Of a stretch of 64,000 nucleotides of DNA, positions 14,189 through 31,362 are shown piece after piece (positions within the stretch are counted from its first letter, which is position 1; the number at the start of each line of letters is the position of its first letter). A program made the position numbers and the translations under genes. Source of the DNA: the human T2T-CHM13v2.0 reference genome, Homo sapiens; NCBI RefSeq assembly GCF_009914755.1, contig NC_060926.1, one strand, 5' to 3'. The notes under the pieces are model-generated. The model worked only from the letters and a program-made list of their open reading frames with translations, ran no database searches and was not told the origin of the DNA.

Positions 14189-17100
14189 AAAGAAGACATT
14201 TATGCAGCCAACAAACATATGAAAAAAAGCTCATCATCAAGGGTCATTAGAGAAATGAAAATCAAAACCACAATGAGATACTGTCTCATGCCAGTTAGAA
14301 TGGTGATCATTAAGAAGTCAGGAAACAACAGATGTTGGAGAGGATGTGGAGAAATAGAAATGCTTTTACACTGTTGGTGGGAGTGTAAATTAGTTCAACC
14401 ATTGTGGAAGACAGTATGGTGATTCCTCAAGGATCTAGAACTAGAAATATCATTTGGCCCGACGATCCAATTACTGAGTATATACCCAAAGGATTATAAA
14501 TCATGCTACTATAAAGACACATGCACACATATGTTTATTGCAGCACTATTCACAACAGCAAAGACTTGGAACCAATCCAAATGTCCATCAGTGATAGACT
14601 GGATTAAGAAAATGTGGCACATATACGCCATGGAATACTATGCAGCCATAAAAAATGATGAGTTCATATCTTTTGCAGGGACATGGATGAAGCTGGAAAC
14701 CATCATTCTCAGCAAACTATCACAAGGACAAAAAACCAAACACCGCATGTTCTCACTCACATGTGGGAATTGAACAATGAGAACACTTGGACACAGGAGG
14801 GGGAACATCACACACCAGGGCCTATTGTGGGGTGGGAGCAGTGGGGAGGGATAGCATTAGGAGATATACCTAATATAAATGATGAGCTAATGGGTGCAGC
14901 ACACCAACATGGCATATGTATACGTATGTAACAAACCTGCACATTGTGCACATGTACCATAGAACTTAAAGTATAATAAAAATATATATATTAAAAAGAA
15001 GACATTTATGCAGCCAACAAACATATGAAAAAAAGCTCATCATCAAGGGTCATTAGAGAAATGAAAATCAAAACCACAATGAGATGCTGTCTCATGCCAG
15101 TTAGAATGGTGATCATTAAGAAGTCAGGAAACAACAGATGTTGGAGAGGATGTGGAGAAATAGAAATGCTTTTACACTGTTGGTGGGAGTGTAAATTAGT
15201 TCAACCATTGTGGAAGACAGTATGGTGATTCCTCAAGGATCTAGAACTAGAAATATCATTTGGCCCAGCGATCCAATTACTGAGTATATACCCAAAGGAT
15301 TATAAATCATGCTACTATAAAGACACATGCACACATATGTTTATTGCAGCACTATTCACAACAGCAAAGACTTGGAACCAATCCAAATGTCCATCATTGA
15401 TAGACTGGATTAAGAAAATGTGGCACATATAGGCCATGGAATACTATGCAGCCACAAAAAAGGATGAGTTCATATATTTTGCAGGGACATGGATGAAGCT
15501 GGAAACCATCATTCTCAGCAAACTATCACAAGAAAAGTAAACCAAACACTGCACGTTCTCACTCATAGGTGGGAATTGAACAATGAGAACACTTGGACAC
15601 AGGGTGGGGAACATCACACACTGGGGCTTGTTGTGGGGTAGAGGGCTAGGGAAGGGATAGTATTAGGAGAAATACCTAATGTAGATGACAGGTTGATGGG
15701 TGCAGCAAACCACCGTGGCACGTGTATACCTATGTAACAAAACTGCACTTTCTGCACATGTACCCCAGACCTTAAAGTATAATAAAAAATAAAAAATCTA
15801 ATATACACAAGGAAAAAAATAACATTTACTAGAATAAATAAAAACTATGGGTGTACTAGAAAGTCATCATATAAACTAAATAATAGTAATAATAGCCATT
15901 CTGATTGGTGTGAGATGGTACCTCATTGTGGTTTTGATTTGCATTTCTCTACTGATCAGTGATGTTTAGTTTTTTCTCATATGATTGTTGGCTGCATGTA
16001 TGTCTTCTTTTGAGAAGTCTCTGTTCATATTCTTTGCCCATTTTTTAATGGGGTTGTTTGTTTTTTTCTTGTAAATTTGTTTAAGTTCTTTATAGATGCT
16101 GGATATTAGACCTGTGTCAGATACATAGTTTGCAAAATTTTTCTCCCATTCTCTTGGTTGTCTGTTTACTCTGTTGATAGTTTCTTTTGCTGTGCAGAAA
16201 CTCTTTAGTTTGCACAGCAAATCCCATTTGCCGAGGTGTGTTTTGTGTCAAATTATGTGGTCAGTTTTATAGTATGTGTAATGTATTGATGAGAAGAATG
16301 CATACTCTGTTGCTCTTGAGTGGAGAGTTCTGTAGATGTATATTAGCTTCATTTGATTCAGTGCTGAATTCAGGTCCTAAATATCTTTGTTAATTTTCTG
16401 TCTTGATGATGTGTTTAATACTGTCAGTGGGATGTTGAAGTCTCCCACTATTATCTGTGGGAGTATAAACCTCTTTCAAAGTCTCTAAGAACTTTCTTTA
16501 TGAATCTGGGTGCTTCTGTATTGGGTGCAAACCCTTTACCATTATGTAACGTACTTTCTTGTCTTTTTTTTTTTTAATCTTTGTTGATTTGAAATCTGTT
16601 TTGTCTGAAATTAGAATTGCACCCCCTGCCTTTTTCTGTTTTTCATTTTCTTGGTAGATTTTTCTCCATCTCTTTATTTTGAGCCTGTGGGTGTCATTGC
16701 ATGTGAGATGGGTCTCTTGGAGACAGCATATTAATGAGTCTTGGTTCTTTGTCCAGCTTGTCACTCTGTGCCTTTTAATTGGGGCATTTAGCCCATTCAC
16801 ATTCAAGATTAGTATTGATGTGTATGGATTTAATCTTATCATCATGTTAACTGGTTATTATGCAGATTTGTTTGTGTGGTTGCTTTATAATGTCACTGGT
16901 CTGTGTACTTCAGTGTGTTTTTGTAGTGGTTGGTAATGGTCTTTCCTTTTATGTTTAATGATGCCTTCAGGAGCTCTTGTAAGGTGGGTCTTGTGGTAAT
17001 AAATTCTCTCAGCATTTGCTTATCTGAAAAAGATCTTATTTCTCTTTCACTTGTGAAGATTAGTTTGGGCAGACATGAAATTCCGGGTTTGAATTTCTTT

Positions 17101-20100
17101 TATTTGAGAATGTTGAATATTTACCCCCCAATATCTGTTGGGTTGTAGGTTTCTGCTGAGAGGTCCTCTGTTAGTCCGATTGGCTTTCCTCATAGGTGAC
17201 ATAACGTTTTTGTCTAGCTGCCTTTTTCTCTCATTTCAACTTTGGAGAATCTGAGGATTATGTATCATGGGGATGATCTTATTATGAAGCAACTTCTCTG
17301 TATTTCCTGAATGTGAATTTTAGCTTCTCTAGCTACGTTGGGGAAGTTCTCATGGATGATATTTTGAAATATGTTTCCCAAGTTGCTTACACTTGCCCCA
17401 TCTCTTTCAGGGACACCAAAGAGTCATAGAATTGGTCTCTTTACATAATATATTTCTCAGAGGTTTTGTTTATTCCTTTTTATTCTTTTTTCTCTATTCT
17501 TATCTGACTGTCTTATTTCAGAAACCTGGTCTTCAAGCTCTGAGATTCTTTTCTCAGTTTAGTCTATTCTGCTATTAATACTCATGATTGCATTTTGAAA
17601 TTCTTGTCGTGTGTTTTATCCTTTATCAGGTCAGTTATATAGTTTTCTATCTCGGCTATTTTGTCTGTCAGCCCCTGTATCATTTTATTGTGACTTAAAT
17701 TCCTTGGATTGGGTTTCAATGATCATTGCATCTCAATGATCTTTGTTCCTGTTCATATTCTGAATTATATTTCTATTGTTTTAGCCATCTCAGCCCTGTT
17801 CAGTACCCTTGCTAGAGAGGTGGTACAGTTCTTTGGAGAAAGAAGGCACTCAGAGTTGTTGCATTGGTTCTTTCTCATCTTTGTAGGCTGATGTCTTTTC
17901 AATCTTTAACGTTACCATCCTTTGGATTTTTTTTCTTTTATCCTGTTTGATGACCTTGAGGGTTTGATTGGTATAAACTGGATTCACCTGACTGGCTTTG
18001 TTTCTAGAAAATTTTAGGGGGCCAACGCTCAGCTCTCAACTCCTGGATTGCATGCTCTAACTCTGGAGGACTTGTATTGGTCCCTAACTTTGTTCTCTGG
18101 CTCCTCAAGGTTAGGAATCCACTGTGCTTGGGGGACCGAGGTGCTCCCAGTCCCCTGATCACTACATTCTCATTGGTGATATCAGCTAAAGCATTTTATA
18201 GTGTGGTGGCAGTGGATCCATCCTCAATTGCACATGCTAGCAACAATAGCAGTGCAGTGGGTATGCACTCATCAGCTGTGGCAGAATGCAAGTAGGTGCT
18301 AGGGTGCCTTCCTCTGTGCAAGCATTCACCACAGTGGTGGAGGCAGCAGAGCTGAAGGGTGTGCAGTGGGGCTGTGCTGTCAACTGTGTGTGCAGTCATG
18401 CTGTGGTGCAGTTAGCACACAGTCAAGGCACTGGCAGACATGGGTCTATGTGCACTCTCTGTGAACCACAGACAGGGGTTCTCAGGAAACAGAAGGTTTC
18501 ACTGTTCTCTGTACCTAGTTTTACTCCTGTAGTAGTGTTGGCGCAAGTGCATGTCACAGGCAGGGGTAGGACTGGTTGGCACTGTGCCCATCAAGGCTGC
18601 AACTGCAATGTCGGTCTAGGGGGAGAGGAGATAGGGTTCATTCTCACCACAGCAGTGGCAGGGCAGGGTGCACACAAACATGCATGTTGGTGGGGCAAGG
18701 AAGTCAAAACCTGCTCACACACACATGTACCAGCAATACAATGTGGGGGTTTGCTGTGATCCCAGGAGAAGCTACAGTATGGGGAAGGAGTGGGTGGTCT
18801 GGTGCATGGCTATAGGAGTTGCACTGCTGGAGTTCCCTACCAATCAGGCATGTCCACCAGTGCAGGAGCTATGATGTGGGCCCCCAGGGCACCCTAGATT
18901 GCCCTGCAAGAGAAGGCCCTGAGAGGCCAGTAGACCAAGGGGTTCTCAGGCGGAACTAGCTCTGAATAATGGGCAAGACAGCCTTGCAGGGTTCAGGTCT
19001 GGAAGTTCCCCTAGGGCTAAAGTCTCCTATGGGAGCAATTTGAGCCTAGAGAGATGGGCTTCCCTGGCCATGCTCAACTACAGAGGATCCCACACCAAAC
19101 CCCTTGGGCTCCACCTCAGCAGCAGCCCCACCACTTCTTTAAGCAGTTCACCTGCCAACTTGAGTGTCTGTTGTTGTTGAGAGGTTTCCTCCTGCCAGGA
19201 TTGCAGAGGCCTGTAGTGACAGCAGGTTACTCCTTGCTGGTTCAACTCACTAATTGCCCCAGGATTATTGGGGGTCAAAAACAAGTCCTGTTGCATGGTA
19301 GCCCCATGCAGGGTTCTCAGCTTCCTCTCCTTTCAGCCGAGCTTCTGTGTCTTTCCTTCATCCACTCTTGGTGCTTTCCCTCTGAAGATCTATTAGGACT
19401 GTGCCAGTCTTCTTGGTCCCTCAGTGGCAACTGTTTCACCTGTCTGTGTCTAGTTGGTCATCTTGCCCTCCCCTCACGGTTGCTTTAATAATGTTTTAGA
19501 AGACTCAGTTCAGAAGGGTCAGGCCTGGTTAAAAGCACTGTGCAGAAGAAAGCACAAGCCCAAGCAGTTTCTGGAGGATATGTCATTATAAAGTTATTGT
19601 TAAAAAATAACAATAATGTCTAATCTGGGGTTTTAGAGAGCAGAAATAAAATACTAGACAACAGTAACATAAGTTGAGGAATCGGTAGGTAATCAGAGTT
19701 AAAATGTTCTGAAGTTATTATATTAAGGGAGTTGAGAAAAAGAGATGAGATTAGGAGAACAAAGAATTAGGTTTTGTTATGTCATAGAACTACACTGGAT
19801 AGTGAGTTACTGTTATGCTTCATAACTTACATACATATTACATATTGTCTTTTGGTGGCATCAAAAACTATTTTTTAAAAAAGCTTATCTAGAGAAATAT
19901 TTCCTTTCTGGAGCACAATACAGAGAACAAACAAATTCCCTTTGGTGTCCCCTCATTCTCCTTTCTGAACTCTTGCACTTCATCTATTTACCAGGAACAT
20001 GGACTAATTCCATTAATGAAAAATGGAGGAGCCTCCTTTAGTTATACTTTTTTGTTGTTGTTTCCTACCTGATAACAGTATCCTCTAGATTAGAAGAAAT

Positions 20101-20688
20101 CCAGTGAGATTTGTGCTTGCAAAACAGAAAATTAGCTACGTGAAAGCATTAACAAGTTTCAGCAGCTTGTAAGCAAAAGACAATTTCACAGACACAGGAA
20201 TTAAAATCAGTGTGTGTATCAGTGTGTGGTGAAGGAAGACAGGAGGAACATTTCAGCTGTATTTATTAGCCAAGTAATATGTTGTGTGAGAAGGCAGTTG
20301 TGTGATATGTCTGTAAGAATTGTTGAGGTACATATCCAGAAAATTGCAATACAATGTTAACACTTAGGAGTGAACATTTTATATAATGCTGTCATATAAT
20401 ACATATGAACAGGTGTGTTTGTGAATGTATTTAAGTATGGGCGTGTTGTGGAACTGTGTTCATCTCTGTGTCTGTGACTAGGTATATGTTTATACACAGG
20501 GGAAAATAGAGTGTTACATTAGAGATGCATTTCCCAGGAAGATGTGTGTTGTAAAGGATAATGTATATAATAATTTTTTTGTATAGAAAGGTATTAGAGT
20601 ATGTGTATGCATGTGTGCATTTGTGTGTGTATATGTTTGTGTGTAGTATTTTATTCCTTCTCCCAGTTTATCTTTTTAAATGACCAAA

Positions 20689-23064
20689 TGTATTAGTCTG
20701 TTCTAATGCTGCTAATAAAGACATACCCAAGACTGGGTAATTTATAAAGGAAAGAGGTTTAATTGACTCACAATTCAGCATGGCTGGAGAGGCCTCAGGA
20801 AATGTACAAAGGGGAAGCAAACACGTCCTTCTTCACATGGTGGCAGAAGATAGAAGTGCCAAGCAAAAGGGGGAAAAGCCCCTTATAAAACCACCAGGTT
20901 TTATGAGAACTCACTCACTATTGTGAGAATAGCAGCATGGGAATAACCCCCATGATTCAATTATTTCCCTCTCACAACATGTGGGTACTATGGGAACTAC
21001 AATTCTAGATAAGATTTGGGTAGGGACACAGCCAAGTCACATTATTGCACCCCGGTCCCTCCCAAATCTCATGTCCTCACATTTCAAAACACAATCGTGC
21101 TCTTCCAACAGTCTCCCAAAGTCTTAACTCATTCCAGCATTAACACAAAAGTCCAAAGTCTCATCTGAGACAAGACAAGTCCCTTCCACCTATGAGGCTG
21201 TACAATCAATAGCAAGTTAGTTACTTCCTAGTTACAATAAAGGTACAGGCATTCAGTAAATAGGTCTGTTCCAAATGGAAGAAATTGGCCAAAATGAAGG
21301 GGCTACAGGCCCCATGCAAGTCCCAAATCCAATAGGGCAGTCATTAAAACTTAAAGTTCCAAAATGATCTTCTTTGACTCCATGTCTCACATCTAGGAAA
21401 TGCTGTTGCAAAAGGTGGTCTCCCATGGCCTTGGTTAGCTCCACCCTTCTGGCTTTGCAGGGTACAGCTCTCCCATGGCTGCTTTCATAGGATGGTGTTA
21501 AGTATCTGTGGCTTTTTCAGGTACATAGTGAAAGCTGTTGGTGCATCTTTTATCCTGGGGATTGGAGGACAGTGGCCCTCTTCTCAGAGTTCCACTTGAA
21601 AGTGCCCCAGTGGGGACTCTGTGTGGGTGCTCCCACCCCATATTTCCCTTCCACACTGCCCTGGCAGATGTTCTCCATGAGGATTCTGCCCTGCAGCACA
21701 CTTTGGCCTAGACATCCAGGCATTTACATACATCCTCTGAAATCTAGGTGCAGGTTCCCAAACCTCAATTCTTGACTTCTGTGTACCTGCAGGCTCAACA
21801 CCACTTAGAAGATGCCAACGTGTGGGGCTTCCACCGTCTGAAGCCACAGCCTGAGCTGCACCTTGGCCCCTTTTAGCCACAGCTGGAGCAGCTGGGTCAC
21901 AGGGCACTAAGTCCCTAGGCTGCACAAAGCAGAAGGGCCCTTGGCCCATGAAACCATTTCTTTCTCCTAGGCCTCTGGGCCTGTGATGGGAGGGGCTGCC
22001 ACAAAGGTCTCTGAAATGCCCTGGAGACATTTTCCCCATTGTCTTGGTGATTAACATTCAGCTCCTTGTTACTTATGCAAATTTCTGCAGCCAGCTAGAC
22101 TTTCTCCTCAGAAAAAAAAAATAGTTATTCTTTTCTATTGCATCATCAGACTACGAATTTTCCAAACTTTTATGCTCTGCTTTCTCTTGAATGGTTTGCC
22201 ACTTAGAAATTTCTTCTGCCAGATTTAAAGTTCCACAGATCTCTAGGGCAGGGGCAAAATGCTGCTAGTCTTTTTACTAAAGTGTAATAAGAGTCACCTT
22301 CGCTCCAATTCCCAACAAGTTCCTCATCTCCATCTGAGACCGCCTCAGCCTGAACTTTATTGTTCATATCACTGATTTTGACCAATATCATTTTGGCCAA
22401 AGCCATTCAACAAGTCTCTAGTAAGTTCCAAACTTGCCCACATCTTCCTGTCTTCTGAGCCCTCCAAGTCTTTAGGAAGTTCCAGACTTTCTCACATTTT
22501 CCTGTCTTCTTCTGAGCCCTTCAAACTGTTTCAACCTCTGCCTGCCTGTTACCCAGTTCCAACGTTGCTTCCACATTTTCAGGTATCTTTACAGCAGCCC
22601 CTCACTCTACTAATACCAATTTACTATCAGTCCATTCCCATGCTGCTAATAAAGACATACCCCTGAGACTGGGTAATTTATAAAGGAAAAAGGTTTAATT
22701 GACCTCAGTTCAGCATGCCTGGGGAGATCTCAAGAAACTTACAATTATGACAAAAGGCAAAGCAAACACTTGGTGGCAGGAAGGAGAGGTGCCAAGCAAA
22801 AGGGGGAAAAGCCCCTTATAAAACCATCAGGTCTCCTTCTTCACGTGGTGGCAGGAAGGAGAAGTGTTGAGCAAAAAATGAAAAAGCCCCTTATAAAACC
22901 ATCAAGTCTTGTGAGAACTCACTCACTATCACAAGATCAGCAGCATGGGGGTAACCACCCCCATGATTCAATTACCTCCCACAGGTTCCCTCCCATGACA
23001 CGTGGGGATTATGGGAAGTACAACTCAAGATGGCATTTAGGTGGGTACATAGCCAACCATATCA
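20689..23064 (-). mobile_element. Full-length THE1C-like MaLR (LTR-internal-LTR)
   Basis: LTRs ~20689-21044 and ~22625-23064, ~1.58-kb internal region, 5-bp TSD ccaaa (20684-20688, 23065-23069). Confidence 0.93.
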
Positions 23065-26000
23065 CCAAACTACTTTTGATCAGAAATTTCACTGAAGGCA
23101 GCCAGGTGTTAGTGCCATTATCTCATTATCCTTCCAAACATGAAGGAAATAAAAGTTTTTATTGGACCAATAAGCACACTGAATAAAATTGATTCACTTA
23201 ATATGCTTGGTAACTGCTCTGCCTCAGATAAATAATTTCCACAAGCAGCCAAACCTTCTTTTTTCCAGCACTTGGGCAAGAAGAAATATCCAAAGGTCAA
23301 TTGCTTGCCTAAGACAGCCTGACATGTTAGTGACTTTTTTCATCACAAAGCTGATTTGAACTCGTATGTAATAAAAGACTAAATGTTCTATTACCTGGAA
23401 AGTAGAGAATGAATAATAATTTAGGTTTAAAATAACCCAATTATAAAATGACCAAAGGCTAGTTAAGTCTCTTCTAGGCCAGGAGGTAATTGCAGGTCAG
23501 TGATTACACATAAAGGAAGCATTTGGCCCCACCTAACCCCAGATGCTGAGGGGTGACTCCACCAACTCTTGGTTCTTTGTTTAAGGCTGCCCGGGCTGGG
23601 AGGCAAGACCAAGTGCATAAATGTCTCTGGCCCTGCCCACACCATATAGCTAAGCAGCAATCCCAGAAGCTTCAGTCAGGCTTGGAGCCCAATACATGGC
23701 CCTGCCTAACTCCAGATTCAAAACAACAGTACTGCCTAGCCAGAAAAGACAACATGCATCCCTGCCTGGCCAGAGACAACTGCAGAGTTCAGTTGGTAGC
23801 TCCATTTAATGTCAGAGTCCAGCCAGTGGTCTCACTGGACCATGGAGCACAGCCAGAAGTATCATTAAACCTCAGAGGACAAAAAGTAACCCAGCCATAC
23901 TAGAGAACCCAACACTAAGGTCTGCCTATGAAGGATTGCTACCAGCTGACCCAACAAGAATCCCAGGCTAGACTAATATTAAAGGTGTATCACACCAAAG
24001 AACACCTTCAAAGGCCAGAAGAGGTAGTCATCTTTTCAAATGTTCAGGCATTAATGTAAGAACAGGATTATTAAAAATCCAGGAAATAGACACCTCCAAA
24101 AGAAACTAATAATGCTACAATAATTTTCTCTGGAAGAAATGGAGATCTATGAAACAGCTGACAAATAATGAGAATAATCCTCTTAAAGGAATTCAGGAAA
24201 CTCTAAGAATATATGGATAGAAAATCAAATAAAATTTAGAAAACAACTCATGAACAAAATAAAAAGTTTGGCAATAATAAACAATAATAAAAAACAGAAA
24301 ACCTAGAGTTAAAAAAGTATAACTGAAACGAAAAATTCAGTACAAAGCTTCAAAAGCAGACTTGATCCCGTAGAAGAAAGAATTGGTGTCCTCAAAGATA
24401 GGAGATTAAAAATTATCCAACCAAGGGAGAAACAAATGAAGCAGGGAGGCCTACAGGAATTATGGGACAGCATCAAGCAAACTAATAATTGCACAATAAG
24501 AACTCAAAAAAAGGATAACAGAGAGAGAAAGGCCTAGAAAATATATTTAGAAAATAATGGCTAAAAATTTCCCAAATCTGGAGAAAGATATGACTATCCA
24601 GGTATAAGAAACTCAAGTCACCAATCATATTCAATCCAAAGAGAAGTTTACCAAGATACATCACAATCAAATTATAAAAAATCAAAAACAAAGAAAGAAT
24701 ACTGAAAGTAGCAAGAGATAAGAACCATCACAATCAAGGTAACCCCAACACAGCTATCAGCAGATTTCTCAACAGCAAATCCTGCAGACCAGGAAAGAGT
24801 GAAATGATATATTTTAAATTTTAAAGAAAAAATATTTTCAAGCAAGAATTCTTTAACAGCATTACAAAATGGCAGTAATAAGTTCTTACCTATCAATAAT
24901 TACCTAGAATACAAATGAATTAAATTTTTAAATAAAAAGACAGATAGTGGCTGAATAAATTTTTTAAAAGCTAGAACCAACTATATGCTAGGTATAAGTG
25001 ATATGCTTAAATAGTAAGAACACACATAGAATAAAGTGAAGGGATAGAAAAAGATATTCCATGCAAATGGCAACCAAAAGAGAGCAGAGGTAGCTATTTT
25101 TATCTCAGATAAAATAAGATTTAAGTCAAAAACTATGAAAGAGACAAAATTTTATTACATAATGTTAAAGGGGTTAATTCATCAATAGGACATAACAACT
25201 GTACAATATATGCACCCAATATTGAAGCACCTAAATACATAAAGCAATTATTAAGTGATCTGGAAGGAAAGATAGACTGCAATACTATAATAGTGAAGGA
25301 CTTCCAAAGAAAGTCCACACTTTCAAAAATGTACAAGTCATCTACATTGAAAATCAGTAAGAAAACGATAGATTCAATTTACACTTTTAACTAAATGGAC
25401 CTAACAAACATATATGAAACACTCCATCCAACAGAAGCAGAATATACAGTCTTCTCAAGTACACACAGAACTTTCTCCAGGACAGATTATATATTAGGCC
25501 ACAAAACAAACCATAATAAATTTAACAGAATCAAAAGCATATAAAGTATCTTTTTGGATCACAATAGCATGAAACTAGAAATCCATAACAGGAGAAAGCT
25601 TAGAAAGCACACAAATATTTGGAAATGAAACAATATACTCTTAAACAACCAATGGGTCACAGAATAAAAGCTGAATTAAAAATACCTTGGGCCAAATAAA
25701 AATGAAAACAACAAACTGAATATTACAGAGCACAGAAAAAAGGAGTTCTAAGATAGAAATTTATAGCAATAAACACCTATGTGGAAAAAGAAGGAAGATC
25801 TCAAATAAATCTAAATTATACTTCAAAGAACTAGAAAAAGAAGAATAAACTAAACCCAAATTTAGGGAAGGAAGGAAATAACAAAGATCAGATTCCATTC
25901 CAAGATGGCTGAATAGGAACAGCTCTGGTCTGCAGCTCCCAGCGTAATCGACGCAGAAGACAGGTGATTTCTGCATTTCCAAATGAGGTATCTGGTTCAT

Positions 26001-26928
26001 CTCATTGGGACTGGTTGGACAGTGGGGGCAGCCCACAGAGGGCAAGCTGAAGCAGGGTGGGGCGTCACCTCACCTGGGAAGTGTAAGGGGTTGGGAGATT
26101 TCCCTTTCTAGCCAAGGGAAGCCATGACAGACTGTACCTGGAAAAACAGGACGCTCCCACCCAAATACTGTGCTTTTCCCAAGGTCTTAGCAACTGGCAG
26201 GCAAGGAGATTATCTCCCATGCCTGGCTCAGTAGGTCCCACGCCCAAGGAGCCTTGCTCACTGTTAGCGCAGCAGTCTGAGATCAAATGGCAAGATGGCA
26301 GCCTGGCTGAGGGAGGAGTGTCCACCATTGCTGAGGCTTGAGTAGGTAAACAAAGTGGCCAGGAAGCTGGAACTGGACAGAGCCCATCACAGCTCAGCAA
26401 GGCCTACTGCCTCTACAGACTCCACCTCTGTGGGCAGGGTATAGCTGAACAAAAGGCAGGAGACAATTTCTGCAGACTTAAGTGTCCCTGTCTGACAGCT
26501 CTGAAGAGAGCAGTGGCTCTCCCAGCACAGTGTTTGAGCTCTGAGAACAGACAGACTGCCTCCTCAAGTGGGTCCCTGACCCCCGTGTAGCCTAACTGGG
26601 AGACACCTCCCAGTAGGGGTCGATAGACACCTCATACAGGCGGATGCCCCTCTGGGACGAAGACTCCAGAGAAAAGATCAGGCAGCAATATTTGCTATTC
26701 TGCAATATTTGCAATTCTGCAGCCACTACTGGTGATACCCAGGCAAACAGGGTCTGGAGTGGACCCCCAGCAAACTCCAATAGACCTGCAGCTGAGGGAC
26801 CTGGCTGTTAGTAGGAAAACTAACAAACAGAAAGGAATAGCAATAACAGCAACAAAAAAGACATCTGCACCAAAACCCCATCTGTAGGTCACCAACATCA
26901 AAGAGCAAAACTAGATAAAACCACAAAG

Positions 26929-28011
26929 ATGGGGAGAAACCAGAGCAGAAAAGTGGAAAATTCTAAAAATCAGAGCGCCTCTTCTCCTCCAAAGGATCAC
27001 AGCTCCTTGCCAGCAACAGAACAAAGCTGGACAGAGAATGACTTTGATGAGTTAACAGAAGTAGGCTTCAGAAGTTCAGTAATAACAAACTTCTCTGAGC
27101 TAAAGGAGCATGTTCTAACCCATCGCAAGGCAGCTAAAAACCTTGAAAAAAGGTTAGACAAATGGCTAACTGGAATAAACAGTGTGGAGAAGACCTTAAA
27201 TGACCTGATGGAGCTGAAAACCATGGCACAAGAACTTTGTGACACATGCACAAGCTTCAATAGCCAATTCGATCAAGGGGAAGAAAAGGTATCAGTGATT
27301 GAAGAACAAATTAATGAAATAAAGCGAGAAGACAAGTTCAGAGAAAAAAGAGTAAAAAGAAACAGACAAAGCCTCCAAGAAATATGGGACTATGTGAAAA
27401 GACCAAATCTACGTCTGATTGGTGTACCTGAAAGTGATGGGGAGAATGGAACCAAGTTGGAAAACACTCTGCAGGATATTATCCAGGAGAACTTCCCCAG
27501 CCTAGCAAGGCAGGCCAACATTCAAATTCACGAAATACAGAGAACACCACAAAGATACTCCTCAAGAGGAGCAACCTCAAGACACATAATTGTCAGATTC
27601 ATCAAAGTTGAAATGAAGGAAAAAATGTTAAGGGCAGCCAGAGAGAAAGGTCGGGTTACCCACAAATGGAAGCCCATCAGACTAACAGTGGATCTCTCAG
27701 CAGAAACCCCACAAGCCACAAGAGAGTGGGGGCCAATATTCAACATTCTTAAAGAAAAGAATTTTCACCCCAGAATTTCATATCCAGTGAAACTAAGCTT
27801 CATAAGTGAAGGAGAAATAAAATCCTTTACAGACAAGCAAACGCTGAGAGCTTTTGTTACCACCAGGCCTGCCTTACAAGAGCTCCTGAAGGAAGCACTA
27901 AACCATGGGAAGGAACAACTGGTACCAGCCACTGCAAAAACATGCCAAATTGTAAAGACCACCAATGCTATGAAGAAACTGCATCAATTAACGGGCAAAA
28001 TAAGCAGCTAG
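26929..28011 (+). pseudogene. L1 ORF1p (RNA-binding chaperone), frameshifted near the C-terminus
   Basis: 360-aa ORF MGRNQSRK...EIWDYVKRPNLRLIGVPE...LQELLKEALN, then a non-ORF1 tail. Confidence 0.93.
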
Positions 28012-28018
28012 CATCATA

Positions 28019-31362
<3,344 letters not shown>

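Noticed and set aside
18077-19488. GC-richer ORFs of up to 157 aa
   Set aside because: They lie in the 5' UTR of the minus-strand L1; chance ORFs.
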